A DNA stretch of 64,000 nucleotides from Alphaproteobacteria bacterium (GCA_965261735.1 OZ253470.1:1504001-1568000); one strand, 5' to 3'; positions 1-9,591 are shown, counted from the stretch's first letter. Notes: generated from the sequence alone by a model not told the origin. Program-made: numbers and translations.

Positions 1-2155
1 AGGCGGCGGCGCGATTGCTAGGCACGCTCGCGAGCAGGCCGCCGGCCGTCTGCGGATCGAAGAGCAGGGGGTAGGACGGGTGGGTTTCGGCGCCCCTCAC
101 ATCGAGCCGCAGCGAGGCCGCGAACGCCTCGTTCACCGGCTGTAGTGAGCTTGCGATCCCCGCCGCCATGAGTTCGCGCGCGCCATCGAGGACCGGCAAG
201 CGGTCGAGATCGAGGGCGGCGTCGGCAGCGGAGGCGCGGAGCACCTCCAGCAGATGGCCGAGAAGGCCGAAACCGGTGACGTCGGTGCACGCCGTGGCGC
301 CGTGGGCGACAACACACTCGGCGGCCGCCTTGTTGGAGGAGAGCATCGAGGCGAGCGCGCCTTCGACCGACCGGCTTGACGCCTCGGCCCGCATGTCGGC
401 AGCGAAGATGGTGCCGGTGCCGAGCGCCTTGGTTAGGATCAGAGCGTCGCCCGGGCGCGCGCCTCGTTTACGCAGCAGCCGGGCCTCGTCGGCGAAGCCG
501 TTAATCGAGAGCCCGAACGAGAGCTCCACGCTCTCGCTGGTGTGACCGCCGATCAGCGCCGCGCCGGCCTCGTTCAGCGTCTCGACCGCGCCGCTGAGCA
601 CCTGATGCAGGTCGTGCTCGATCTTCGCCTCGGGCGCGAAGGGGAGCGAGATGAAGGCGAGCGCCGAGTGAGGCTCGGCGCCCATCGCGTAGATGTCGCC
701 CAGGCAATGGTTCGCCGTCACCTGGCCGAACAGGAACGGATCGTCGATGAAGGCGCGGAAATGGTCAACCGTTTGCACCAGCACCTTGCCCGGCGGCGCG
801 GCGACGATGGCGGCATCGTCGGCCGCTTCGATGCCCGCCAGCACACCATCGCGGGCGATCGGATCGAGGCGCTGCAGCGTACGCCGCAGGACCGCGCTCG
901 CGACCTTCGCCCCGCAGCCGCCGCAGCGCATCGAGGCGTCCTCGAGCGCGCCGTTGCCGGCCGCCTGCTCGCCCATCTTGGGCAGCTTCTGGTAGCGGCC
1001 CATCCAGCGCCGGTCGATCCAGTTCTTGGCCTCCCACACCCAGCGCCCGCCGAACGCGATGGGGCCATAGGAGGCGACGGCGTAAGGGTAGCCGCTCGAG
1101 ATCAGCGCCAGCGTTCGCCGCTGTGGCTTGAAGCGCACCGGCGGCCTGTTCTCGAGCGTGCGGCGCAGCGAGCGCGCCAGCACCGGGCCCTGGCGTACGG
1201 CGTAAACACCGGACTTCGCGAGCGCCCGATCGGCGATCGAAGCGACGTTGCCGGCCGCGAACACCCGCGGATGCGAGGTCGATTCGAGCGTATCGCGCAC
1301 CCGAATAAACCCTGCGTCGTCGAGGTCGAGGCCCGTCGCCCGTAGCCACGGCGGTGCCGCGGCATGGGTGACCAGCGCCGCCGCATCGAAGGGCATATCG
1401 GCGGCGGAGTCGCACACCAACCGGCCCTCCTCGACGGCGACCACGTTATGCGCAAGATGAAGGTCGATCCCGCGCGCCTCGACCAATCCCTGCACCCTGC
1501 GGCGGGCGGCGGCACCGTGGCTGTCGAGGAACTGAGGCGAGCGCGAGACGATCGCGACCGACAGGCGGTCAGGGTCGCGGCCCTGGTCGCGGAGTAGCTC
1601 GTGCAACCGGTATTGCAGCGAAAACGCGACCTCCGCTCCACCTGCACCGCCCCCGATGACGACGACGCGGAACACACCTTCTCCCGCGAGCAGCGCCTCC
1701 TCGACGCCGCGCCAGCGGGCCAGGAACGTCTCCACGGGGCGCACCGGAATGGCGCGCTCGGCGCCCGCGATACCGGCACTGCTCGGTACCGACCCGATGT
1801 CGATGGAGAGGACGTCGAAGGGCACCGGCGGGCGCCCGTCGCAATGGACGAGGCGGCCTTCGAGATCGAGGCCGGTCGCGCCCGCATGGTACAGCCGGGC
1901 TTGTGCGAAGCGGCACAACTTGCGCAGATCGATGTGGCTGGCGGCGTGATCGTAGCGCCCCGCAAGCACGCCGGGCAGCATGCCGGTGTAGGGCGTATCG
2001 GCATCGCGCGAGACGAGCGTGAGCCGGGTCCCTGCTTGCGGCCGCATCCCGAATCGCCTGAGCACGGCGACGTGGCTGTGGCCGCCGCCGAGGAGGACGA
2101 GGTCGCGGGCGACCGGCGTGGCGCGGGCCGCCGCCCCGTTGTTGCGTGCGAACAT
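1..2155 (-). CDS. selD: Selenide, water dikinase fused to an N-terminal FAD-dependent oxidoreductase domain (3' end runs off window)
   Basis: Manual translation from ATG 2155: MFARNNG...DLVLLGGGHSH (Rossmann), MRCGGCGAKV (~905-931), DPQTAGGLL near position 58. Absent from the ORF track because there is no stop inside the window. Confidence 0.93.
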   Translation of the reverse strand, partial: MFARNNGAAARATPVARDLVLLGGGHSHVAVLRRFGMRPQAGTRLTLVSRDADTPYTGMLPGVLAGRYDHAASHIDLRKLCRFAQARLYHAGATGLDLEGRLVHCDGRPPVPFDVLSIDIGSVPSSAGIAGAERAIPVRPVETFLARWRGVEEALLAGEGVFRVVVIGGGAGGAEVAFSLQYRLHELLRDQGRDPDRLSVAIVSRSPQFLDSHGAAARRRVQGLVEARGIDLHLAHNVVAVEEGRLVCDSAADMPFDAAALVTHAAAPPWLRATGLDLDDAGFIRVRDTLESTSHPRVFAAGNVASIADRALAKSGVYAVRQGPVLARSLRRTLENRPPVRFKPQRRTLALISSGYPYAVASYGPIAFGGRWVWEAKNWIDRRWMGRYQKLPKMGEQAAGNGALEDASMRCGGCGAKVASAVLRRTLQRLDPIARDGVLAGIEAADDAAIVAAPPGKVLVQTVDHFRAFIDDPFLFGQVTANHCLGDIYAMGAEPHSALAFISLPFAPEAKIEHDLHQVLSGAVETLNEAGAALIGGHTSESVELSFGLSINGFADEARLLRKRGARPGDALILTKALGTGTIFAADMRAEASSRSVEGALASMLSSNKAAAECVVAHGATACTDVTGFGLLGHLLEVLRASAADAALDLDRLPVLDGARELMAAGIASSLQPVNEAFAASLRLDVRGAETHPSYPLLFDPQTAGGLLASVPSNRAAA

Positions 2156-2219
2156 GGAGCGAAGAATAGGACAGGCCCGCGGGCCCGTGCACGCCTTTAG
2201 GCGGGCTTCGAGGCAATCG

Positions 2220-2315
2220 TGGCGGAAGAGGGTGGGAGTCGAACCCACCAGGGACGCCTGGCGCCCCTCACCGGATTTGAAGTCCGAGCGCCCCACCGGG
2301 GTGCGATCCTCCTCC
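2220..2315 (-). tRNA. selC: tRNA-Sec (UCA)
   Basis: 96 nt; 8-bp acceptor stem GGAGGAGG/CCTCTTCC, anticodon loop CTTCAAA, long variable arm, GGTTCGACTCC T-arm, GCCA end. Confidence 0.96.
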
Positions 2316-2409
2316 ACGCACGCGAACCGTAGGACGACGCGAAGCGGCCTTCAAGCGGATGGCGCTGGATACAATAGGCCGCCTCGTGGGCGGCGCTAAC
2401 GAGGTTGGC

Positions 2410-3201
2410 TTAGGAAACGACCGCTTCGGTGGCCTGGGTCTCGTCGTCCCACACCTTTTCCGGCATCGGCAGGCCGGCGAAGGCGGCGTCGGTGAGGGGC
2501 TCGATGGGCTCGATACCGAGTTTGCCGAGGATCATCATGAGCTGGCGCACATGCTGGCCGGAATGCCAGGTGCAGCGCTCCAGGAACTCGTGCTGCGTCT
2601 GTGCCCCGTAATAGGTGGCGATGCTGGCCTCGCCGGAACGGTCGCGGCAGTTGGCCCACCACGATTTAAGCCGTTGGCGCACCTCGTCGGCATAGAGCGC
2701 GATCTGCTCGCTCGTCTGGCGCGATTCGGGTGGCGGACTGATCAGCGTGTCGTAGGTGACCTCGGCGCCGTCGGCCGCCGCTTCCACGAAGACCTCGTGG
2801 ATCCTCGCAATATGGTGCACGAGGTCGCGATAGGAGCGCTCGCGGTCGGGCAACAGCGTGCCGAGCTGATCGTCGGGAAGCTGTCGAGTAAAGCGCGCCA
2901 GGGCGGCGAGAATGATGTCGACCCGCTCCACCAGCTCGCCGGGAGACAGCTCGGGCTTGCCCGAGTACTCAATGCCGACGAAGTCGGCGATTTCGCGCAG
3001 GACCAAGCCCTGCACGTACTGTTCGCCGCGCGAGACGACCGGAACCGTCTTGATCCCGAGGCGCAACAGTTCCGCCACCCCTTCGGGATTATTGACGACG
3101 TTTATGGATTCGTACTCAACCCCACGGGCTGACAGGAACTCTTTGGCCCTGAGACAGCTCGTTCACCCGGGTTGCCAGAAGACCTTGATCGCTTCCGCCA
3201 T
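2410..3201 (-). CDS. Predicted selenoprotein: glutaredoxin-like domain (U-T-S-C) fused to DinB-like domain, 263 aa
   Basis: ATG 3201 gives MAEAIKVFWQPG-TGA(3163-3165)-TSCLRAKEFL...KTVPVV (Grx cis-Pro motif), in frame with ORF 2410..3078; DinB-like His motifs DLVHHI and WHSGQH; hairpin after TGA; adjacent to selC. Confidence 0.85.
3124..3162 (-). promoter_or_regulatory. Putative bacterial SECIS hairpin of the Grx-DinB gene
   Basis: Directly 3' of UGA: ACG/CGU, GCUG/CAGC and CAGG/CCUG pairings around a CAAAGA-containing loop (folded by eye). Confidence 0.6.
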
Positions 3202-3279
3202 CACGCTCGCTCCGGCTCAATTTCTGCCGATCATTATGGGACAAAGCGGCACCCCGCACAACTGGGCATCAGGCCCGAG

Positions 3280-4164
3280 CTATTGCGGCACTCGCGCGCG
3301 CGGCACCAGCTGGTGGCCGATGGCCCGCGCCTCCTTGTCGGCGCTGGCCAGAAAGGCCGCGCGCAGAGCGATCAGCACCCGCGCGGCGATCGTCTCTTCC
3401 CAGAACCAGTCCGCGAGCTGCCGGCTCGAGGGATACGGGGTGTTTGAACCCGCGGCTTCGGTATAGAAGGCGCGGAGGTCATCGGCGGCGAACCGTAGCA
3501 CCTGACCGGCCGATAGGCCGGGCTGGGGGCTCGCCGGGGCCCGCCCGGCCATGAAGGCGCCGAGGTAGGTGACGATCTCGCTGATCGCGAGCCCGCCCGG
3601 GCCCATCGTCGTACGCCCACTTGCCGCGACGGCGCGCCGATGCCAGGGCCCGATGTTCCGCACCTCGCTTTCGAGCGCCGCGTGCAAGCCCTCGGCGTCC
3701 GTCGGTGGCTCGTCGGTGGGGTCGAGCGCGATCGGGCTTACCCAGCCCTCGATACCCGCATCACCCGGCGCGTTCATGTCGAAATCGACATGCACGACCG
3801 GACCTCGCGGCGCCTCCAATAGGCCAAGCGCCTCGCGAAGCACGCGCATCTGGAAAGCGGCGTCACCGGGCGCACCGAAGGGACGGCCCAGCTCGAACGG
3901 AACCCACAACGCCCTCGGTGGTTTCATCGTGACCGAGTGGGGCCGCACCAGGCTGATCAGCGTCGTCGCCAGCCCTTCCTCTTCGAAATAATGGGCGAGC
4001 CCGCACACGGCGCGCGTGCAGTCCGGTCAGACGGGGACCAGCAGGACCGCATCGACGCCCTCGCGCTTCATGTCGCCCGCGAGCTCGCGCGCATCGGCTT
4101 CTATGTACCGAGGGTCGGTCGCACCCATATAGGAATAGTGGGTCGCCGCAAGCCCGCCGATCAC
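3280..4164 (-). pseudogene. GrdB/PrdB-like (reductase selenoprotein B family) selenoprotein with U-P-D-C and a C-terminal extension; 5' end missing
   Basis: ...VIGGLAATHYSYMGATDP...EGVDAVLLVPV-TGA(4027-4029)-PDCTRAVCGLAHYFEEEGLATT...PPRALWVPFELGRPFG; family-like sequence stops at ~4164. Confidence 0.8.
3999..4026 (-). promoter_or_regulatory. Putative SECIS hairpin of the GrdB-like gene
   Basis: After UGA: CUGCACGCG-CGC-CGUGUGCGG stem (with G-U pairs). Confidence 0.55.
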
Positions 4165-5328
4165 CTCGCCACCGATGCGGAGGCGGCGGTGCAAGCGGCG
4201 GCCGAGGCGCTGGCCGCTGCCGAGGCGGCGGCGCAACTCACGGCCGAAGCCGAAGCCGCGGCCCTCGCGGCGGCCGAGGCGGCGGCAGCCTTGACCGCGC
4301 AGGCGGAGGCCGCCACGACCGAGGCGGAAGCGGCGGCCGAAGTGGCGGCGATCCTGACGGCCGAAGCCGAAGCGGCCGCGGTCGAGGCGGCAGCGGCCAC
4401 GTTGGTTGCCGCCGAGGCGCAGGAGGAAGCCAACGACGCGGCGCTCGCGGGGGCTGCCGCGGAAGCGACGGCAGAAGCGGCGGCGGCCTTGACCGCCGAG
4501 GCCGAAGCCGCCGCGGCGATCGCGGAAGGGGCCGAGCAAGACGCCGCCGATGCGCTAACCAACGCCGAAGCGGCAGCGACCGCCGACCCCACCGACGCCG
4601 CGTTGGCTGAGATCGCGGCAGCGACGGCGGCCGAAGCGGAAGCGACCGCACTCGCGGCGGCGGAGACGCAGGCCGCGGCGGAAGCGGCGGCCCTCGCCGC
4701 GACCGAGGCTGAGAACACGGCTCTGGCCTCGGCGGAAGCGCAGGCCACCGCCGAGGCGGCGGCTCAAGCGGCGGCCGTGGCCCAGGCCGCAGCCGCGGCC
4801 GATCCTGAGGACGACGTCCTCGCCGAGTCGGCGACACTCGCAGCGACCGAGGCGGAGGCGGCCGCATTGGCGGCGGCCGAGACGCTGGCCGCGGCCGCGG
4901 CCGAGTCGGCGGCGCTCACGGCGGCGGAGACGCAAACTGCGGCCGACGCGGCAGCCCAGGCGGCGGCCGAGGCGCAAGCCGCGGCGGCAGCCGATCCCGA
5001 GGACAGCGTGCTGGGCGAGGCGGCCGTGCTGGCAGCCGCCGAGGCGAAGGCCGCGGCTCTGGCGGCCGCCGAAGCCCAAGCGGCGGCCGAGTCGGCGGCG
5101 CGGGCGGCAGCCGAGGCGGAAGCCGCGGTCGCGGATTCCGAAACCGCCCTTACCGAGGTAGCGACGGTTGTCACCGAATCCACAACGGCCGCGGCAACGG
5201 CGATCACGAGCGCGGCCACCGGCGAGCTCACCGCAGAGGTCATCGCCGAGGTCAACAGCCTGCTCGGGCTCGAAGACGTCGACGCGGGCGTGATTGACGC
5301 GATCCTGCTCCGCGACAGTCCGGACTAG
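4165..5328 (+). pseudogene. Ala/Glu-rich acidic helical-repeat protein, probably 5'-truncated
   Basis: ORF 3937..5328; composition switches to A/E/T-rich at ~4165; three AAADP(T/E)D..L.E.A repeats; C-terminus ELTAEVIAEVNSLLGL; the first ~75 codons are antisense of the GrdB-like gene. Confidence 0.65.
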
Positions 5329-5390
5329 CGCCGCGCCCCCGCCGACAGGCCGGGGCGCTTCCACGGCCAGGTTCGGACCGGAGAACGGGC

Positions 5391-5909
5391 ATGGTGGCAA
5401 CCGATCCCACCTCGCAGCGGCTCGTCTACCGCAAGCTGTCGCCCGCCGACTTGGACGCGTTTCATGCCCTGGTGACGGACGGCCACGTCCGGCGCTACCT
5501 CCTGGACGGCGAGACGATGCCGCGCGCCTGGTCGGCGAGCGTTATCCGCGCGAGTCAAAAGATGTTTCGCGAGAGGGGAGTCGGACTTTGGCTCGTCTCG
5601 CCGTCCGAGAGTGCAGCGCCGCCCGCCGGCTTCTGTGGCTTCCTCGTGTTCGAGGAGCTCGGCGAGGAGCCGCAACTGTCCTACGCGTTCCTGCAGAGCC
5701 ACACCGCGAAGGGGTACGCGACCGAGGCGGCGCGCGCGCTGGTGAGCTACGCCCGTGACGAGGCGCGCATGGATGAGATCGTCTCCGCCGTCGATGAGCC
5801 CAACATCGCCTCGATGCGAGTCCTGGAGAAGGTCGGGTTCCGACGCTACGGCAGCGTCCCTGGGGCCTTCGGCCAGATCGTGCTCTTCGAGCTCGCGGCC
5901 GAGGCCTGA
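5391..5909 (+). CDS. GNAT family N-acetyltransferase (RimJ/RimL-like)
   Basis: KGYATEAARAL and NIASMRVLEKVGF motifs; GGAGA RBS. Confidence 0.88.
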   Translation: MVATDPTSQRLVYRKLSPADLDAFHALVTDGHVRRYLLDGETMPRAWSASVIRASQKMFRERGVGLWLVSPSESAAPPAGFCGFLVFEELGEEPQLSYAFLQSHTAKGYATEAARALVSYARDEARMDEIVSAVDEPNIASMRVLEKVGFRRYGSVPGAFGQIVLFELAAEA

Positions 5910-5920
5910 GCCCTCGCCCG

Positions 5921-6832
5921 TTAGGGCGGTGGCGCGCGGTGGCGTTCGAACAGGCGCTTGCCCCAGGCCGGAAAGGCGAGCGCCGGCAGGGCGACGCCGA
6001 ATACCACGAGGCTGATGGCGAAGATGTCGCGCCCGCTGATGCTCTCGCCGAGAACGAGAGCTGCGAGCGGTACGCCGAGCGGCGCGATGAGCACGAAATA
6101 GAGGGTGATGCGGCCCACCGGCATATGGCGCACCGCGTAGTTGAACAGGAAGAAGGTCGCCCCGCTGACGCCCGCGGCGAGGTAGAGAATCGCGAGCCAC
6201 GCCTCGAGCCCGGCACCCAACGCGCGGGCCGCGAACGCGTCTGCTCCCTGGTCGAGGAGGCCGGCGCCGGCGCCAACGAGCGCGGCACCGAACAGCAGAT
6301 AGGCCGTGACGACGAGCGGCTCGCCGTGCACCTGGGCGACGCGGCGCAGGATGAGGAGCTGCAGGCAGACGAGGAACAGCGCCGACGCGATCATGACATC
6401 GCCGATGACCGACGCTTCCGTTTCGCCGCCGCCGACGACGAGCACCAGCGTGCCGGCGAAGGCGATAATCGATCCGGCCAGCACGCGCGCCGTGATCGGC
6501 TCCTTGAGCAGGGCGCGCCCGAGCAGCGTCGTCATCAGCGGCATCAGGGAGACGAGGACGGTGGCATGAATGGCGGTGGTGAGCGACAGGCCCCAGTAGA
6601 TCCCGAGCGCGGCCACGCCCTCGAGAAGGCCGGCGGCGAACACCGTGGCCGCGAAGCCGCGAAACCAGATGGCGCGCCGGGTCATGAGGACGATCGCCCA
6701 CATGATCAAGGCCGCCATGCCATAGCGCAGCGCCACGACCCCGAACGGCGGCAGCGCGGCGAGCGCGATCTTTCCGGCGATAAACGAGGAGGCCGTCAGT
6801 AGGACGGCGAGGCTCATCGCGAGATGGGGCAC
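5921..6832 (-). CDS. DMT/EamA family transporter
   Basis: ~10 hydrophobic segments, two EamA repeats (LLKEPI / VLGESI). Confidence 0.88.
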   Translation of the reverse strand: MPHLAMSLAVLLTASSFIAGKIALAALPPFGVVALRYGMAALIMWAIVLMTRRAIWFRGFAATVFAAGLLEGVAALGIYWGLSLTTAIHATVLVSLMPLMTTLLGRALLKEPITARVLAGSIIAFAGTLVLVVGGGETEASVIGDVMIASALFLVCLQLLILRRVAQVHGEPLVVTAYLLFGAALVGAGAGLLDQGADAFAARALGAGLEAWLAILYLAAGVSGATFFLFNYAVRHMPVGRITLYFVLIAPLGVPLAALVLGESISGRDIFAISLVVFGVALPALAFPAWGKRLFERHRAPPP

Positions 6833-6910
6833 GGGCTGGAGCCTAGCGCAGCAGGGCCGCGAAAGCGCAGATCAGACCGCGTGCGACCATCCGGCACCGG
6901 CTCGAGGAGT

Positions 6911-6987
6911 TGGCGCGCCCGGAGGGATTCGAACCCCCGACCCCCAGATTCGTAGTCTGGTGCTCTATCCAGCTGAGCTACGGGCGC
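6911..6987 (-). tRNA. tRNA-Arg (ACG)
   Basis: GCGCCCGTAGCTCAGCTGGATAGAGCACCAGACTACGAATCTGG...GGTTCGAATCC...GCCA, 77 nt. Confidence 0.97.
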
Positions 6988-7218
6988 CCGCGTTGCCGCG
7001 TCGCGGCGATTACGGCCTTGCGGAGAGGCCGGAGGCTACCCAAAAGCAGCCGACCTGGCAAGCCGGCGGCCGGCGCTCGCCCGTGGGCCGGCGCAAATCT
7101 CCCTTGTCCCAGGCTGACCCATTGACTAACATCGCCCAGCTAACTCCTGAGGGGCACTGGATTTCTTGAGCTTAAACGCGGCGCGCGCGCGCGACGCCCT
7201 CCGCGACGACAACAAGGG

Positions 7219-8400
7219 GTGGGATCAGGCGTGGCACTTCGGACATCGGCGGCGGCGCTTTTAGGCGCGGTCGTACTACTCGGCGGCTGCTCATTCGCGA
7301 CCGATTCGCTGTGGCCGTCGCTCACCGGCGCGGAGCCGTCGCGGCCCGCGGCCGAGAAGATCGAGATCGCCGCATCCGAAACCGAGCAGGCGGCGCCGAC
7401 GCTCACGCCGACGCCGCCACCGCCGGTCCTCGGTACGACCAGCTTCGAGCCGCCGGCGGCCACCCAGTTCGCGGCGACCGGAACGTTCGTCGGGCAAAAG
7501 GTCGGGGTGCATGCCGGAGAGCTCGACACGCTGAGGCGGCAGATCAGCGTGCGCAACGGCCAGCTTCAACAGATCCGTGACGCCACCACCGAGAACTCGC
7601 GCCGCTATCACGGCACCGTCGCGGCGATCAACGCGCGCCTGCAGCTCGGCACGACGCCCGGTAACCCGGTGCTCATCACGCAATGGAACGACGCCCAGGG
7701 CGAGCTCGACCGACTCGGTACCGACATCGCCTCGATGAATAGCCTCGCCAACCAGGTGGCGAGCGATTCGTCCTTGGCCGCGTTCATCCTCGAATCGGTG
7801 CGCGCCACCTATGGGCTCGCCGGCGCCATCGACGAGGACCATCGCCAGCTCGCGATCCTCGAGGACGAAACCAACCGCACCGCGGTCCTCATCGACCGCT
7901 TGCTCAACGAGCTCAGCGAGGACGTGAGCCGCCAGACGGCCTACGTCGGCAACGAGCGGCGCAATCTCACGACCCTGTCGCTGGCGATCAAGAACGGTGA
8001 ACTCTTCGGGACCAGCCTGGCCAACCGCGCCTACGCCTTGGCGGCCCCGCTGGCGAGCGTGGCGCCGTCGACGACGACGCGCAGCTTCGCCGCCGCCAAC
8101 CGCCGGCCGCTCGTGGTGATCCGCTTCGACCGCGCCGACGTGCCCTACGAGCAGGCGCTCTATTCGGCGGTCGCGCGCGCACTCGAGGCGCGCCCCCAGG
8201 CGGGCTTCGACCTGGTTGCGGTCGCCGCCAGTCAGGGCACCGCGGCCGATGCGGCGCTCAATGCTTCGAAGGTGCGCAAGAATGCGGAGGCCGTGATGCG
8301 CTCGCTGATCGAGATGGGCCTGCCGGCCAACCGCGTGATCCTGAGCTCGACGACGAGCCCCGCCGCGGCGACGAACGAAGTCCACGTCTACGTACGCTAG
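7219..8400 (+). CDS. Hypothetical lipoprotein with coiled coil and OmpA-like C-terminal region
   Basis: Lipobox LLGGC; coiled-coil middle; C-terminal VIRFD...AEAVMRSLIEMGLPANRV. Confidence 0.75.
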   Translation: MGSGVALRTSAAALLGAVVLLGGCSFATDSLWPSLTGAEPSRPAAEKIEIAASETEQAAPTLTPTPPPPVLGTTSFEPPAATQFAATGTFVGQKVGVHAGELDTLRRQISVRNGQLQQIRDATTENSRRYHGTVAAINARLQLGTTPGNPVLITQWNDAQGELDRLGTDIASMNSLANQVASDSSLAAFILESVRATYGLAGAIDEDHRQLAILEDETNRTAVLIDRLLNELSEDVSRQTAYVGNERRNLTTLSLAIKNGELFGTSLANRAYALAAPLASVAPSTTTRSFAAANRRPLVVIRFDRADVPYEQALYSAVARALEARPQAGFDLVAVAASQGTAADAALNASKVRKNAEAVMRSLIEMGLPANRVILSSTTSPAAATNEVHVYVR

Positions 8401-8459
8401 GCCTGCCCCGGCAACACCGGGGCGGCGGCCCGCGGCGCCCGGTTGAGCGCCGCCGCCAC

Positions 8460-8804
8460 CTACACCCCGAGGCCGGCAACGCGGCTCACGTCGGTCCAGT
8501 TCTCACCGGCGGCGACGACACGGCTGAGTCCGTCCGGCGTCGTCACGACGATCGTCCAGTGCGCACCGTCCGTGGTGGCGAACACCTCGATCACGGCGCC
8601 GCTCTCGGCGAGCCCCATGGCGACGGGGGTTTCCTTGTACTGTGCGCCGAGAATCTGCATGACCTCGGCGCGCGGCGCCGGGACCTGCTGTGCCGACGCC
8701 TGGCGCGACGTGGCGGCAATACCTGAGAGCACCACTACCGCCGAAGCGATGGCGGCAAAGACGCGGACACCGGCTTTGATCGCCCGTCGGGTCGTATAAT
8801 CCAT
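8460..8804 (-). CDS. Small secreted hypothetical protein
   Basis: AAGGAGGA RBS, signal peptide ending ASA, YKETPVAMGL...WTIVVT..GENW. Confidence 0.75.
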   Translation of the reverse strand: MDYTTRRAIKAGVRVFAAIASAVVVLSGIAATSRQASAQQVPAPRAEVMQILGAQYKETPVAMGLAESGAVIEVFATTDGAHWTIVVTTPDGLSRVVAAGENWTDVSRVAGLGV

Positions 8805-8920
8805 GTCGTCCTCCTTGGGTCCTAGTGGTTGCGCCTGGTTATGAAACGACTGTTACAAAACGAGGCCGAAAAAATGCCGTTTTCTCAAGAACGGCCGAAC
8901 TATTGGTCAGATGGGGATTA

Positions 8921-8937
8921 TGGAACGCTCGTTCAAG
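8921..8937. promoter_or_regulatory. Putative TetR operator (copy 2)
   Basis: TGGAACGCTCGTTCAAG palindrome; 15/17 identical to 9592-9608. Confidence 0.6.
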
Positions 8938-8979
8938 TATCGACTCGTCACGTTCGCGTGAGGGTGCGGGAAGGCGGCC

Positions 8980-9555
8980 TCAGTCGAGGACCGACAAGGT
9001 GATCTTGACGATGTCGTGCAAGGCCGCCGGCGAATGACCCGCCTTGATCATGACCCTGAGCCCCATGTAGCTCGAGGTCAGGAATCGTGCCACGGCGCGG
9101 TGATCGGCGTCGACGTGCCGCGAGCCCGAGTCGCGCGCCAGCAGACCGATAAACGCGGCCTTGATACGGTCCGTGCCGGCCATCACCAGCGCCTCGACCT
9201 CGGCATCGTGTGGCGCCTCATCGACGGCCGCGTTGCACAGCAGGCAGCCGCGGCGGTCGTGGCGTTCACGCACGGCGGTAATCAGCGACTCAAACAGGGT
9301 GGCGGCGACCGATCTGGCCGAGCCGGGCCGCCCCAGCAGCGCCACCACGGGATCGACCTCGTTGGTGCGGTAGCGATCGAGTGCGGCGAGGTAGAGGGTG
9401 TGCTTGTCGCCGAAGGTCGCGTACAGGCTGCTGCGATTGACGCCGAGCGCCTCGACCAGGTTCTGGACCGAGGTCGCATCATATCCCTTGGACCAAAATA
9501 CATCGACCGCGCGGTTAAGCGCCTGGTCCGGGTCGAACTCCTTGGGGCGCGCCAT
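8980..9555 (-). CDS. TetR/AcrR family regulator (NemR/ComR-like)
   Basis: MARPKEFD...FWSKGYDATS...GVNRSSLYATFGDK; GCLLCN. Confidence 0.93.
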   Translation of the reverse strand: MARPKEFDPDQALNRAVDVFWSKGYDATSVQNLVEALGVNRSSLYATFGDKHTLYLAALDRYRTNEVDPVVALLGRPGSARSVAATLFESLITAVRERHDRRGCLLCNAAVDEAPHDAEVEALVMAGTDRIKAAFIGLLARDSGSRHVDADHRAVARFLTSSYMGLRVMIKAGHSPAALHDIVKITLSVLD

Positions 9556-9591
9556 AGGTCTGTCCTCCGCGTCCCGTAGACATGGTCATTC

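Noticed and set aside
900-935. SelD itself as a selenoprotein
   Set aside because: Active-site motif reads CGGCGAK with TGC codons and no TGA
1-3201. Selenoneine (senABC) cluster suggested by DinB next to selD
   Set aside because: The DinB domain is fused to glutaredoxin, not an FGE-sulfatase domain, and no SenB-like glycosyltransferase is visible
3937-4164. N-terminus of the 463-aa plus-strand ORF
   Set aside because: It is the antisense of the GrdB-like gene; composition changes abruptly at ~4165
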